Shown here piece by piece: positions 20,091-29,905 of a DNA stretch of 64,000 nt; the first letter of the stretch is position 1, and every line of letters begins with the position of its first letter. The stretch comes from Candidatus Cloacimonadota bacterium (GTDB lineage Bacteria > Cloacimonadota > Cloacimonadia > JGIOTU-2), in contig JAUWMT010000007.1 in NCBI GenBank assembly GCA_030613025.1, forward strand, positions 4,882-68,881, written 5' to 3'. A program made the position numbers and the translations under genes. Below the pieces are notes generated by a model, which saw nothing but the letters and a program-made list of their open reading frames with translations, was not told where the DNA came from and did not search any database.

Positions 20091-20148
20091 AGAACTCCCA
20101 TGTTGGATGTGTATGAAAGCTTTATTTTGCTAAATAAGATGTCAATTT

Positions 20149-21255
20149 TTATTTTTCCTGATCGATTAAATTATCGACATATTCGGCAATTGCCAGGCAG
20201 CAGGTAAGCCCGGGTGATTCAATACCGATCAAATTTATGAAGTTTGGAAATCCTTTATCCTTCTCATTTGCGATTATAAAATCTCTGAAGCCATCACCTT
20301 TTTTCTGAAGTTTAGGACGAATTCCCGAATCATCCTGCCACATTTCATCAAAATCGATATCGAGATACTCGGATACAGATTCGTGGAATTCCTTATGATA
20401 GGTTTCGTCCATTCCATAGTCCAGCTCATCCACATAATAGGCATTCGGACCAAAGGAGAGTTCGCCATTAAGGTTGATGCGGATATGTATTCCCAAAGAA
20501 ATACCAGTCGGATCCGGGACAGGATAAACAAGATGCTCGATGTTCTTATATTTTGTTGTTTTATAATATTCGCCTTTGCAGAGATGGATCGTATAATCAT
20601 GTTCTTCGGCAGGGATTCCAGCCATTTCGGATACTTTATCAGACCATAATCCGGCAGCATTTATGACAATAGGGGATTTCACTTTGAAACCATCACTAAA
20701 GGTAATGATATATCCGTTATCAGTTTTTTCAATGCCAGTAACTTCAGTATTGTAGGATATCATTGCCCCATTTTCTTCAGCCATGAAATCGAGCTTTTTC
20801 ATCACACTGTGTGTATCCATAATGCCTGTTGACGGAACCCAGAGCGCACCCTTTGTTTTAAAAAGCGGTTCAAGTTCTTTAACTTTTTCTTCAGAGAGTA
20901 TTTCCAAACCACTTACGCCATTTTTTGTGCCATTCAAAAGAAGTTCTTCCAGTATTGGGATTTCTTCATCTTTGGTTGCGATAACGAGTTTTCCGCAATT
21001 TCTGTGATCGATCTCATGTTCTTTCAAAAAAGTGTAGAGCATGTCTATGCCCTTAACGCAGAGTTTGGCTTTCAGAGAATCCTGCGGATAGTAAATTCCT
21101 GAGTGCATGACTTCACTGTTCCTGCTTGAAGTATGTCTTCCAAAGGATGGTTCTTTTTCTGCTACAATAATGCAGTCATATTTCTTAGATAAACGCTCTG
21201 CAATTGCCAGTCCTACAATACCTGCTCCAATAATGAGTACTTCAACTTCTTCCAT
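20149..21255 (-). CDS. FAD-dependent oxidoreductase, L-2-hydroxyglutarate oxidase/dehydrogenase-like
   Basis: N-terminal GAGIVGLA Rossmann motif; DAO-family length and motifs. Confidence 0.6.
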   Translation of the reverse strand: MEEVEVLIIGAGIVGLAIAERLSKKYDCIIVAEKEPSFGRHTSSRNSEVMHSGIYYPQDSLKAKLCVKGIDMLYTFLKEHEIDHRNCGKLVIATKDEEIPILEELLLNGTKNGVSGLEILSEEKVKELEPLFKTKGALWVPSTGIMDTHSVMKKLDFMAEENGAMISYNTEVTGIEKTDNGYIITFSDGFKVKSPIVINAAGLWSDKVSEMAGIPAEEHDYTIHLCKGEYYKTTKYKNIEHLVYPVPDPTGISLGIHIRINLNGELSFGPNAYYVDELDYGMDETYHKEFHESVSEYLDIDFDEMWQDDSGIRPKLQKKGDGFRDFIIANEKDKGFPNFINLIGIESPGLTCCLAIAEYVDNLIDQEK

Positions 21256-21377
21256 CTTGCTCCTCAGTCACTTAATTTTACATTCTTTTCATTTTTTTGT
21301 AAATTTCAAACGCTTTCGGGATGAATATCAAATAAACACACCTCCCCCGATAAATCGGGGACTCCTCTCAAGAGGAG

Positions 21378-21460
21378 ATTTTCTCAGTGTTCTCTGCCTG
21401 CCGAGTCGCAGTGAAACGAAGACTGGTGCTCTCTGCATGCCACGGCGTAATGAAATGAAG
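21378..21460. repeat. Two imperfect tandem ~39-bp units downstream of miaB, preceded by a CCCCGATAAATCGGGG hairpin
   Basis: TCTCTGCCTGCCGAGTCGCAGTGAAACGAAGACTGGTGC and TCTCTGCATGCCACGGCGTAATGAAATGAAGACGGGTGG. Confidence 0.5.
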
Positions 21461-21493
21461 ACGGGTGGTGAATTTCTTTTTTGTTTCTGTCTA

Positions 21494-22810
21494 TCAGAGT
21501 TTAGTATGGTGAATTTGTTTTCCTTTGAGTGTCCAACCAGATGCGTCAATAATTTCAATATCGACAAAGGTACCTATAAATTTCCTGTCGCCGGGGAATA
21601 CTGCTATCTTGTTATCTCTCGTTCTGCCTGAAAGTTCTTTATCACTTTTTTTGCTGGTGTGCTCGACATAGACCTGTACGGTTCTACCGATTTGTTCCTG
21701 ATATTTCTCAAAAGTGATTTGCTCTTGCAGCTCTATAAGTTTTTGCAATCTTTCCAGTCTCGTTTTTTCAGGAATTTGTTCTGCATAGGAATCTGCTGCT
21801 GTGCCTTCACGAGGTGAGTACTTGAATGTAAAAGCATAGTCAAATCGGATTTGTTTCATAAGGTTATAGGTTTGGAGGAAATCTTCCTCGGTTTCTTCGG
21901 GGAAGCCGACCATCACATCGGTCGTGATAGCAATATCGGGCATTTCATTTCGTAATTTATGTATGATGCCGAGATATCTTTCTGAGGTATATTTCCGATT
22001 CATTTTTTTTAGGATATTGTTCGAACCGGACTGCATGGGCAGATGAAGATGTTCACAAAGTTTGGGTTCTGCTGCCATAACTTCAATAACCTTATCAGAA
22101 ATATCTTTTGGGTGAGAAGTTACAAATCGCAGGCGTTCAATTGATCGAATGTGTGCAGCTTTCTCCAAAAGCTCAGGGAATGTGTATTCGCCGTCATTAT
22201 AGGAGTTTACATTCTGTCCGAGCAACGTCACATCTTTGAATCCATCATTACCTGCTTTTTCAATCTCCCGGAGAATTTCTTTTTGATCTCGTGAGCGTTC
22301 TCTTCCTCGCACATAAGGGACAATACAATACGAGCAAAAGTTGTTGCAACCCCGCATGATCGTCACAAAGGCATTTACACCCTTATTTCTCACAGGATAA
22401 ATATTTTCGTAATTTTCGATATTATTTTGAACATCAGCAAATAAGTGTTCTTTCCTTTTCATGCAGGAAGAGATTATCTCGGGAAGCTGTCTGTACTGGT
22501 CGGTTCCGACGACGAGATCCAGACTCTTTATCTCATCAAGAAGTTCATCCCCCCTTCGCTGAGCAACACAGCCGATCAAGCCGATGAGCATATTCGGGTT
22601 TTGTTTTTTTCTTTTTGCTTCCGAAGTGATCCTTCCCAGCACTCTATCCTCAGCATGCTGGCGTACAGTGCAGCTATTGAAGATGATAATGTCAGCTTCG
22701 TCTATCGTATCTGCTTTCTGGAATCCGGCATCAGAGAGAATGCCTGCAACAAGCTCGCTGTCTGCCACATTCATCTGGCAGCCGTAGGTTCGGATGTAGA
22801 ATTTATTCAT
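21494..22810 (-). CDS. miaB: tRNA-i6A37 methylthiotransferase MiaB
   Basis: 438 aa with N-terminal MTTase cysteines (YGCQMN…NSC), a radical-SAM CxxxCxxC (CNNFCSYC) and a C-terminal TRAM domain. Confidence 0.88.
   Translation of the reverse strand: MNKFYIRTYGCQMNVADSELVAGILSDAGFQKADTIDEADIIIFNSCTVRQHAEDRVLGRITSEAKRKKQNPNMLIGLIGCVAQRRGDELLDEIKSLDLVVGTDQYRQLPEIISSCMKRKEHLFADVQNNIENYENIYPVRNKGVNAFVTIMRGCNNFCSYCIVPYVRGRERSRDQKEILREIEKAGNDGFKDVTLLGQNVNSYNDGEYTFPELLEKAAHIRSIERLRFVTSHPKDISDKVIEVMAAEPKLCEHLHLPMQSGSNNILKKMNRKYTSERYLGIIHKLRNEMPDIAITTDVMVGFPEETEEDFLQTYNLMKQIRFDYAFTFKYSPREGTAADSYAEQIPEKTRLERLQKLIELQEQITFEKYQEQIGRTVQVYVEHTSKKSDKELSGRTRDNKIAVFPGDRKFIGTFVDIEIIDASGWTLKGKQIHHTKL
22749..22805. 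repeat. 57-bp direct repeat, copy 1 (miaB codons 3-21), identical to 24174-24230
   Basis: Exact 57/57 match AAGCTCGCTGTCTGCCACATTCATCTGGCAGCCGTAGGTTCGGATGTAGAATTTA and flanking bases. Confidence 0.9.
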
Positions 22811-24132
22811 TTTGGTTCAATTATTTCCCAGTGACCATATGTTTTTCCACCTTTTCTTCTGATGAAACCTTCCTTTTTCAGCTTATCAATTTGATATTTT
22901 ACACCATCTTGTGATATATTAAGAAGTTCAGCTAATTTTGTTCTTGTTAGTGATGGGTTCTCTTTGATAAGATCAAGAATTCTTTGGGTAGTTCTTTGGG
23001 TAGTTCTTTGGGTAGTCTTAAGGGGTAAACTTGTATCTCTCTGGAAGATAACCTTGAATCCAGACTTTAAATTTTTAAAATTGACCTCTACTCCTTTAGA
23101 ATTGCATTCATCATACATTCTTTTTAGACCTGATCCCCATTTTTCGATGTCCCGCGAGTAATATAATATCCTGGCAATAAGGGGATTTCGAAGAACAGAT
23201 TCTTCCTCACCTTTGATGTAATCTTCCGGAGTCATTCCTTCGGGGAAATTGCCGGGATTCCATATTTCAACCCGATTCCGGAATATTGAGATCTTGTTTG
23301 CTTCCGGTTTGAAATAATCACGATGGCATAGAGAATTTACCAGTGCTTCTCTTATTGCATCGATTGGTATTTCCGGAATTTCAACTCTTTTAAAATTCTG
23401 GAATTCAACACGCCAATGAATGTTTTTCGAAATATAGGTTTCTGCTTGTGCTAAAATATCAAAAACTGTACCATGATACTCTTTAATGTCTAAAAAAGTT
23501 GTTTTGTCTTTTCCTGCAAAGATAGCAGCTTGAAGCTCGAGAAGATTGTTATCACAGAATAACACCTCAACTGCTTTGAGTGGTTTCTCCTCTTTATACA
23601 ATTTGAGTTTTTTCAATGCCGTTTTGATGTTTGTAAAAGGAAAGTTGATCCTTTTTGCATCTGCACCCTTTTTGATGTATTCTTTTAATTTGGCAGTATT
23701 AATTTCAGACAGACTTTCTCCAGAGAATTGGGTGTCCCAATATATATGTCTTTTCTTTGAGAAAAATCGTTCCAATTCCGCAACGGTCAATTTCTTGTTT
23801 TCATCAGCAACTCTAATATATGCTCGTCCGTATGCAAAGTAAGGCGCTTCATAACCTGAAAATTCTACTTTGATGCATTGCCTTTGATCCAAGATAATTT
23901 CACTGATCTTTGGGTATATTTTGGGTTCTACATTGTCTGATATTACCCGGGAAATTTTTCGTAATGTGTTTTCAGAAACATCTTGTCCCACGATCTCACC
24001 GTTATTTTTAATACCAAAATAGAGTGTTCCCTTTTGGTGTTTGTTTAAGATGCTTACTGTAGAAATTATGGCTTCTTTAAGTTCAGAGGTCGATTTTTTT
24101 AGTTCTAGTGTTTCCGATTCTTTGAATATCAT
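22807..24132 (-). CDS. AlbA_2 (divergent AAA/putative DNA-binding) plus HATPase_c_4 plus C-terminal wHTH protein
   Basis: The likely start is MIFKESETLELK (24132); the longer listed ORF begins inside the repeat. The stop codon overlaps the miaB ATG (ATGA). An internal RTTQRTTQRTTQR is encoded by 3×12-bp tandem repeats at 22981-23016. Confidence 0.65.
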   Translation of the reverse strand: MIFKESETLELKKSTSELKEAIISTVSILNKHQKGTLYFGIKNNGEIVGQDVSENTLRKISRVISDNVEPKIYPKISEIILDQRQCIKVEFSGYEAPYFAYGRAYIRVADENKKLTVAELERFFSKKRHIYWDTQFSGESLSEINTAKLKEYIKKGADAKRINFPFTNIKTALKKLKLYKEEKPLKAVEVLFCDNNLLELQAAIFAGKDKTTFLDIKEYHGTVFDILAQAETYISKNIHWRVEFQNFKRVEIPEIPIDAIREALVNSLCHRDYFKPEANKISIFRNRVEIWNPGNFPEGMTPEDYIKGEEESVLRNPLIARILYYSRDIEKWGSGLKRMYDECNSKGVEVNFKNLKSGFKVIFQRDTSLPLKTTQRTTQRTTQRILDLIKENPSLTRTKLAELLNISQDGVKYQIDKLKKEGFIRRKGGKTYGHWEIIEPK

Positions 24133-24173
24133 TTTTTTACACTTTCTGTTTATCCAGCCCCAGCCGACATACC

Positions 24174-24230
24174 ACAAGCTCGCTGTCTGCCACATTCATC
24201 TGGCAGCCGTAGGTTCGGATGTAGAATTTA
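24174..24230. repeat. 57-bp direct repeat, copy 2 (duplicate of the miaB 5' end)
   Basis: On the minus strand this encodes M-K-L-L-KFYIRTYGCQMNVADSELV then diverges and stops after about 35 codons. Confidence 0.9.
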
Positions 24231-24433
24231 AGGAGTTTCATATGGGTGATTTAATCTACCTTTATCTTCATTTATCTATATTCTTGAACATCTTGTTAAG
24301 CTCTTTATTTTGTGTGTATTATTTTTCACTTTATTTCCTATAAGTGGAAATATTTTAATTCTTATATAACATAATTTCTTGTTCACAATTTCAACTTGCA
24401 ACCGAGCAAATATTCTTATTACATAGAGGATAA

Positions 24434-24922
24434 TTAATTACTTTTTTGAGAGATATTATTTTTTTTGATAATATCTCTGATATTTGTGATATCCTGCTCA
24501 GTAATACGATGTATTATTGATTTGCATTTTACAAAAAATTTTGGTATCTGATTAATAACCTTCAAATAAAATTCATTATTAATTTGCGGATTAGTATAAT
24601 ATTGATTTTCAATTCGTTGTTCCATTGCTTGTTCTAAAAATGTTAACTCTTCATCCGTAAAATAATCGGTGAGATATGACTGTGCAAATAGTATTGTACA
24701 TTTATGAATTTCAGATTTAACACCAATTTTTTGTAAAATTGAATATAGAGAAAAATACATCGCATAATAAGCAGTGGATATTTTCCAACCCTTATTACTG
24801 ATTTCACTCATTGTTTCAATAGCTTCTTCAGATTTTTTTAGATATGCCTCCGCAAGATTTGTATTTGGCTCAATAAGTTTTAATCCTCTTTTTTGATTAA
24901 AACACCAATTTAATATACTCAT
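24434..24922 (-). CDS. HEPN-like helical partner protein of the adjacent nucleotidyltransferase
   Basis: 162-aa helical protein whose start overlaps the stop of the NTase gene (ATGA). No canonical Rx4-6H motif seen. Confidence 0.35.
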   Translation of the reverse strand: MSILNWCFNQKRGLKLIEPNTNLAEAYLKKSEEAIETMSEISNKGWKISTAYYAMYFSLYSILQKIGVKSEIHKCTILFAQSYLTDYFTDEELTFLEQAMEQRIENQYYTNPQINNEFYLKVINQIPKFFVKCKSIIHRITEQDITNIRDIIKKNNISQKSN

Positions 24923-25518
24923 AAAATTCTCATAATGAATTGATCCGGTTGTGTAATTATGATATGATTTTGAATAACTTCCTTTAATAAATGATCTTTC
25001 AATTTATCCTTTTCAAAAAGCTCATATGAATAATGAAATATGTTTGTTGAAATATTATATATGCTCGAAATTTTTTCTATTTCGGATTTATTGCATTCAC
25101 CAATCACGCAGATGTCTAAATCTGAATCTTCATTTGCATTTCCCTTGGCATAACTTCCAAACAGTAAACTTATACCATCTACTAAAGGTGTGATTTTTTC
25201 AACTATTTGCGAAATAAGAGAGTAATTTTGTAAAAACGCAATTTTTTTATATTGCTCAGTTAAAATCAAATAATCTTTTGAATTTTGGTTATCTTGAAGT
25301 GAAAATACTCTTATTTTTCCTTTAATTTTTGAAGTTAAGATTCCTTTTTTCTCAAGATCATCGAGAATTCTTTGAACGGTTTGAAGCCCAATGTCAATTT
25401 TTTTATATACCTCACGAATATAATATTCTGCTTTATAACCATTGGTAAAGAGGGTTAAAACCTTTAAATGATTTTCTGTAATATGTAGTTTCATACTATT
25501 GTCTCCAATTTGAGACAT
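24919..25518 (-). CDS. Nucleotidyltransferase-domain protein with N-terminal wHTH (MntA/AbiEii-like)
   Basis: LLFGSYAKGNANEDSDLDICVIGE is the GS…DxD polymerase-beta NTase motif. N-terminal HTH is IREVYKKIDIGLQTVQRILDDLEKKGIL. Confidence 0.65.
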   Translation of the reverse strand: MSQIGDNSMKLHITENHLKVLTLFTNGYKAEYYIREVYKKIDIGLQTVQRILDDLEKKGILTSKIKGKIRVFSLQDNQNSKDYLILTEQYKKIAFLQNYSLISQIVEKITPLVDGISLLFGSYAKGNANEDSDLDICVIGECNKSEIEKISSIYNISTNIFHYSYELFEKDKLKDHLLKEVIQNHIIITQPDQFIMRIL

Positions 25519-25542
25519 ATGTATTATATATGAGACAACCTG

Positions 25543-27087
25543 TCAATTATTTTTATATTCAATCTTCTTCAGTCCTATCCCCGTGAAATAATGTTTCAAG
25601 ATCTGATCATAGGAGTAGCCCTGCTTTGCCATGTTTATGGCTCCGATCTGGCACATTCCAACGCCATGTCCGCTTCCTCTGCCAATAATCCTGATATACT
25701 CCGAATCCTTTGTAATATAAAAAAGTGATGAGCGCAATCCACCAAGAGTCTGCCTTATGAGAAGTTCGTTATCGAGCAGCAATTCTCCCTGAGTGCTGAG
25801 AAGTTTCATTTTGATGATGCGCCCGGACTCACCCCGTTCGAGCACCTCGTAGCCGGTATAGAAGCCGAAATTTGCCTTATCGTCCATCATACGTTGGAAA
25901 TCGCCTGGAGTATATTTCTTTTCCCATGTATAAGTGTTTCTGACCCATCCTTTATCTTTTTCTGTGTTGCAGAAAACGGGTTGAGGATCCTTGATCCATT
26001 TCTCGGCAGAATGATTTTTTGTCAAATCTGAAGAATTTGAGCCCTTTCCATCATAAATGCTTGTGAGGTATGGTACTTCTATTCCGTTCCAGGCATTAGA
26101 ACTTGTCTCGGTTTTGCCGCCGCAGCTTGTAGAATACACTGCATTGATAATATTTTCTTTATATACCCCGACGATGCCACGTGTGTTCTCGACAGCACTT
26201 TCGGTCACTGCATTTATATCTGTAATTCCCGAGAATACCTGGCAATGCACACTGGCGCAAAGGTCGAAGCCGTCATCTTTATGAGTTCCATTTAGTACTT
26301 TATAAAGCGCCTCAGATCTTGCTGCAATTGCCTGTGCTTTCATTGCTTCCATTGGTGAATCAGTGCCAATTTCATTGGGGATGACACCTGCAACATAATT
26401 TTCAAAATCAGATTGGACGATCAGGTTCATCTTGCCAATTTGATTGATCATAACACGCAGGTCTGATTCATATTCTCGTGTAACGAATTCCGAAGGATTC
26501 CAGAAATTCGATCTTGGCACGTTTTCCACAGTGATAGGTGCAGAGCTTTCGATCCGGATCGGCGCGTGAAGATAGTAGTCCTTCTGCTGCTCAATATCAT
26601 AGATCAGGAAGTCGTAGTATGAATATTCATAATCTTCTTCTATCCAGGAATCGATTTCTGTATTTAATTTTGCTTCTTCATAGGATGAGAAGGTGTTGTT
26701 CAGATATACTGCAAATTCATTTTGAATTGTAAGGTGTTTCCCATCAAAGGATAATGCAGTAATTTCTCTGCTGAAACATTCGGGGAATGTCAGAACAAAT
26801 GAGTCTGCATCTTTTTGAGAGGAAAATTTCTTTACGCCGACTCTCCAGAAAGGGACTATTTCTATCCCATCGGGGATTTGTATGGAGAGGGATGTATTTA
26901 AGAATTCAAGCTGAAAAGGAGATTCCTCTTCGGTTAAGATAAGTGTGCCTGTTGAGGATAGCTCGATCATGTGGGCATTCGGCACTATCTCGACATCAAC
27001 GTACAGCATATCATTTCTGAATTCTGCGGCATGAAGCACCGAGATGAGAAAAATAATGCTAATGATGACTAACCAGAGCTTTTTCAC
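25543..27087 (-). CDS. SpoIID/LytB-domain protein (amidase enhancer-like)
   Basis: Signal peptide; C-terminal SpoIID motifs (HCQVF…, SCGGKTE…, GHGVGMCQ). Confidence 0.7.
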   Translation of the reverse strand: MKKLWLVIISIIFLISVLHAAEFRNDMLYVDVEIVPNAHMIELSSTGTLILTEEESPFQLEFLNTSLSIQIPDGIEIVPFWRVGVKKFSSQKDADSFVLTFPECFSREITALSFDGKHLTIQNEFAVYLNNTFSSYEEAKLNTEIDSWIEEDYEYSYYDFLIYDIEQQKDYYLHAPIRIESSAPITVENVPRSNFWNPSEFVTREYESDLRVMINQIGKMNLIVQSDFENYVAGVIPNEIGTDSPMEAMKAQAIAARSEALYKVLNGTHKDDGFDLCASVHCQVFSGITDINAVTESAVENTRGIVGVYKENIINAVYSTSCGGKTETSSNAWNGIEVPYLTSIYDGKGSNSSDLTKNHSAEKWIKDPQPVFCNTEKDKGWVRNTYTWEKKYTPGDFQRMMDDKANFGFYTGYEVLERGESGRIIKMKLLSTQGELLLDNELLIRQTLGGLRSSLFYITKDSEYIRIIGRGSGHGVGMCQIGAINMAKQGYSYDQILKHYFTGIGLKKIEYKNN

Positions 27088-29102
27088 AGAACTTCGCTTC
27101 CTTCGGGAACGTCTTTTTCGGGCACTATAACCGCGATGCCATCTTTGGAATTTGCAGCAAGGATCATACCCTGAGATTCCAAGCCCATGAGCTTTCTGGG
27201 TTTCAGGTTCATGAGCAGAACGACCTGTTTTCCGATCAGGTCTTCCGGCTTATAATATTGAGATATACCTGCGATAACCTGACGGATCTCGCCTGCACAA
27301 TCAATTTTTAGTTTAAGGAGTTTTTTGGCTTTTGGTATTGTCTCTGCTGCGATAACCTTCACGACCCGCAGCTCAATTTTGGTAAAATCATCGTACTCGA
27401 TTTCAGGTTTATGTTCGAATGCAGGAGCAAAACAGGATTGTTTATCCAAAAGGTCATTCTGTTCTTTCACTTCCTTATCTGTGATCTTCCTGAAAAGCGG
27501 CTCAATTGTACCAAGCGCGGTTTTTTGTAATGGATTATTAAGCTCATTCCAGGCAAGAGGAGTAGTCAGATTCATCATAGCACGAAGTTTTTTCATTGCT
27601 TTCGGAAGCACTGGAGAGAACACAATTGATATTATCCGAAGCAATTTTGCACATACATACAGAGTTTCCGAAGCTGCTGCTTTGTCGGTCTTTACAGCAA
27701 ACCACGGTTTTGTTTCATCAAAATATTTATTACCCGAACGAGCAATATCCATAATGAGTTTCACTGCTTTACGAACCCGATAGTTTTCATAACATTCTTT
27801 GACTTCATTCACCAGTTTATGGGCTTCATCAAGAGTATTTTCCGAGAGTTGAGAGAGTTTTTGAGGTTTTTCAATCACTCCATCGAAATATTTATTCACA
27901 AAAGTAAAAACGCGGTTTGCGAGATTTCCAAGGATATTCGCCAGTTCATTATTTATTTTGCTCTGAAAATCCTCCCATGAGAAGTCGCTGTCCTTTGTCT
28001 CGGGTGCAATTGCTGCGAGGTAGTAGCGCAAAAATTCCGGTTTAAAGTACTTCACAAAATCTCGCACCCAGATTGCATAGTTTCTGCTTGTTGAGGTTTG
28101 CTTTCCTTTAATATTGAGATATTCATTTGCAGGCACATCATGGGGAAGCACGTATTCTTCATCCTGTTCCATGAGCATTGACGGCCAGATTATCGTGTGG
28201 AAAGGAATGTTGTCCTTACCAAGAAAATGGATGAGTTTTGTGTTCGGATCGAGCCAGTAATCCTTCCAGCGGTCGGGAGTTCCAAGATCTTTTGCCCATT
28301 CTACAGTTGAAGAAAGATATCCGATCGGGGCATCGAACCACACATAGAGAACTTTTCCTTCCGCATCATCGAGTGGCACGGGTATTCCCCAATTGAGGTC
28401 TCGCGTTATGGAGCGTTCGATAAGCCCTTCATTCAGCCAACTCATAATGAAATTGAGCACATTCTCTTTCCAGTAAATTTTGGTTTTCAGCCATTCACGC
28501 AGTGGTTTTTCAAATTTCGGCAATTCGATATACCAGTTAGTTGTTTCTTTCACAATAGGTGTATTACCGCAAATTTTACATTTTGGATCGATCAATTTCA
28601 TTGCATCGATGAGTTTCCCGCAGGCATCGCACTGATCGCCACGGGCTCCTTCTGCGCCGCAGTAGGGACAAGTTCCTTCAATATATCTATCTGCGAGAAA
28701 ACGTTTGTCATGCTCACAATAGAGCTGCTGAGTTGTTTTTTGAATTATGTAACCTGCCTTGAGAAGATTCAGGAAAAATTTCTGTGAAATTTTTGTATGC
28801 TCAGGACGTGCGGTGCCGGAGAAATTATCAAAATCTATTTCCAGCTCCTGAAAACTTTTTACTATACTGTCATGATAATGATCAACGATCTCGCGGGGAG
28901 TTTTGCCCTCAGCTTCTGCTTTGATAGATATGGGAGCTCCATTCTCGTCTGTTCCGCAGATGTATATCACATCATTACCGAGCAGCTTTTGAAAGCGTAC
29001 AAAGATGTCTGCCGGAAGATATGCTCCGGCTACGTGTCCGATATGGAGATGTCCGTTCGCATAGGGTAATGCACTGGTTACAAGGTATTTTTCTCGTTTC
29101 AT
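27084..29102 (-). CDS. metG: Methionine--tRNA ligase with C-terminal tRNA-binding domain
   Basis: HIGH motif PYANGHLHIGH, Zn knuckle CPYCG/CDACG, and a C-terminal EMAP/Trbp111-like domain. Confidence 0.9.
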   Translation of the reverse strand: MKREKYLVTSALPYANGHLHIGHVAGAYLPADIFVRFQKLLGNDVIYICGTDENGAPISIKAEAEGKTPREIVDHYHDSIVKSFQELEIDFDNFSGTARPEHTKISQKFFLNLLKAGYIIQKTTQQLYCEHDKRFLADRYIEGTCPYCGAEGARGDQCDACGKLIDAMKLIDPKCKICGNTPIVKETTNWYIELPKFEKPLREWLKTKIYWKENVLNFIMSWLNEGLIERSITRDLNWGIPVPLDDAEGKVLYVWFDAPIGYLSSTVEWAKDLGTPDRWKDYWLDPNTKLIHFLGKDNIPFHTIIWPSMLMEQDEEYVLPHDVPANEYLNIKGKQTSTSRNYAIWVRDFVKYFKPEFLRYYLAAIAPETKDSDFSWEDFQSKINNELANILGNLANRVFTFVNKYFDGVIEKPQKLSQLSENTLDEAHKLVNEVKECYENYRVRKAVKLIMDIARSGNKYFDETKPWFAVKTDKAAASETLYVCAKLLRIISIVFSPVLPKAMKKLRAMMNLTTPLAWNELNNPLQKTALGTIEPLFRKITDKEVKEQNDLLDKQSCFAPAFEHKPEIEYDDFTKIELRVVKVIAAETIPKAKKLLKLKIDCAGEIRQVIAGISQYYKPEDLIGKQVVLLMNLKPRKLMGLESQGMILAANSKDGIAVIVPEKDVPEGSEVL

Positions 29103-29104
29103 TT

Positions 29105-29890
29105 CTATTTCCTAATTTGATTTTTTACAGAGTCAATTGCCTGCTGCACTTTTTCCTGATCACCAAGATAATAATGTGTAATGGCTTTCAGATTTTTATC
29201 CAATTCATAAATAAGCGGAATGCCGGTTGGAATATTGAGACCAACGATTTTTTCATCGGAAATATTGTCCAAATATTTTACAAGGGCGCGCAAACTATTT
29301 CCATGAGCAACAATAATGACCTTTTTATTCCGTTTGATCGCAGGAATGATGGATTCCTTCCAATAGGGGATGAATCGGGCAACAGTATCTTTCAGGCATT
29401 CAGTCAAGGGCAGGTATTTTTCGGGCACATTTGCATACATTGGATCATTTCCCGGGTAGCGTGGATCATCTTTTGTGAGCGCTGGAGGACGGGTATCATA
29501 ACTTCTGCGCCAGACAAGGACTTGTTTTTCACCAAATTCATCAGCTGTCTCTTTTTTATTCAATCCCTGAAGTGCCCCGTAATGCCTCTCGTTCAGTCGC
29601 CATGACCGTTCCACAGGCAGCCACATCATATCCATATCATCCATCACGATCCACAATGTTCTGATCGCCCGTTTGAGCACAGAAGTGAAAGCAATGTCAA
29701 AAGTGAATCCTTCTTTCTGAAGTAATTCTGCGGACTCTTTTGCTTCCCGAATTCCTTTTTCGGAAAGGTCGACATCTGTCCATCCGGTGAATATATTTTC
29801 TTTATTCCAGATGCTCTCTCCATGTCGGAACAGTACGAGTTTATACATAACTGAATTTTCGTGGGAGTGGAAATTACTTAAATAAATCAT
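29105..29890 (-). CDS. gpmA: 2,3-bisphosphoglycerate-dependent phosphoglycerate mutase
   Basis: [12 protein letters not shown] catalytic His motif; 261 aa. Confidence 0.88.
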   Translation of the reverse strand: MIYLSNFHSHENSVMYKLVLFRHGESIWNKENIFTGWTDVDLSEKGIREAKESAELLQKEGFTFDIAFTSVLKRAIRTLWIVMDDMDMMWLPVERSWRLNERHYGALQGLNKKETADEFGEKQVLVWRRSYDTRPPALTKDDPRYPGNDPMYANVPEKYLPLTECLKDTVARFIPYWKESIIPAIKRNKKVIIVAHGNSLRALVKYLDNISDEKIVGLNIPTGIPLIYELDKNLKAITHYYLGDQEKVQQAIDSVKNQIRK

Positions 29891-29905
29891 ATTTTAACCT
29901 TTATA

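Noticed and set aside
24041-24343. 100-aa plus-strand ORF spanning the distal miaB repeat
   Set aside because: It runs antisense to the duplicated miaB start and the junction. It is low-complexity and is a likely artefact of the repeat.
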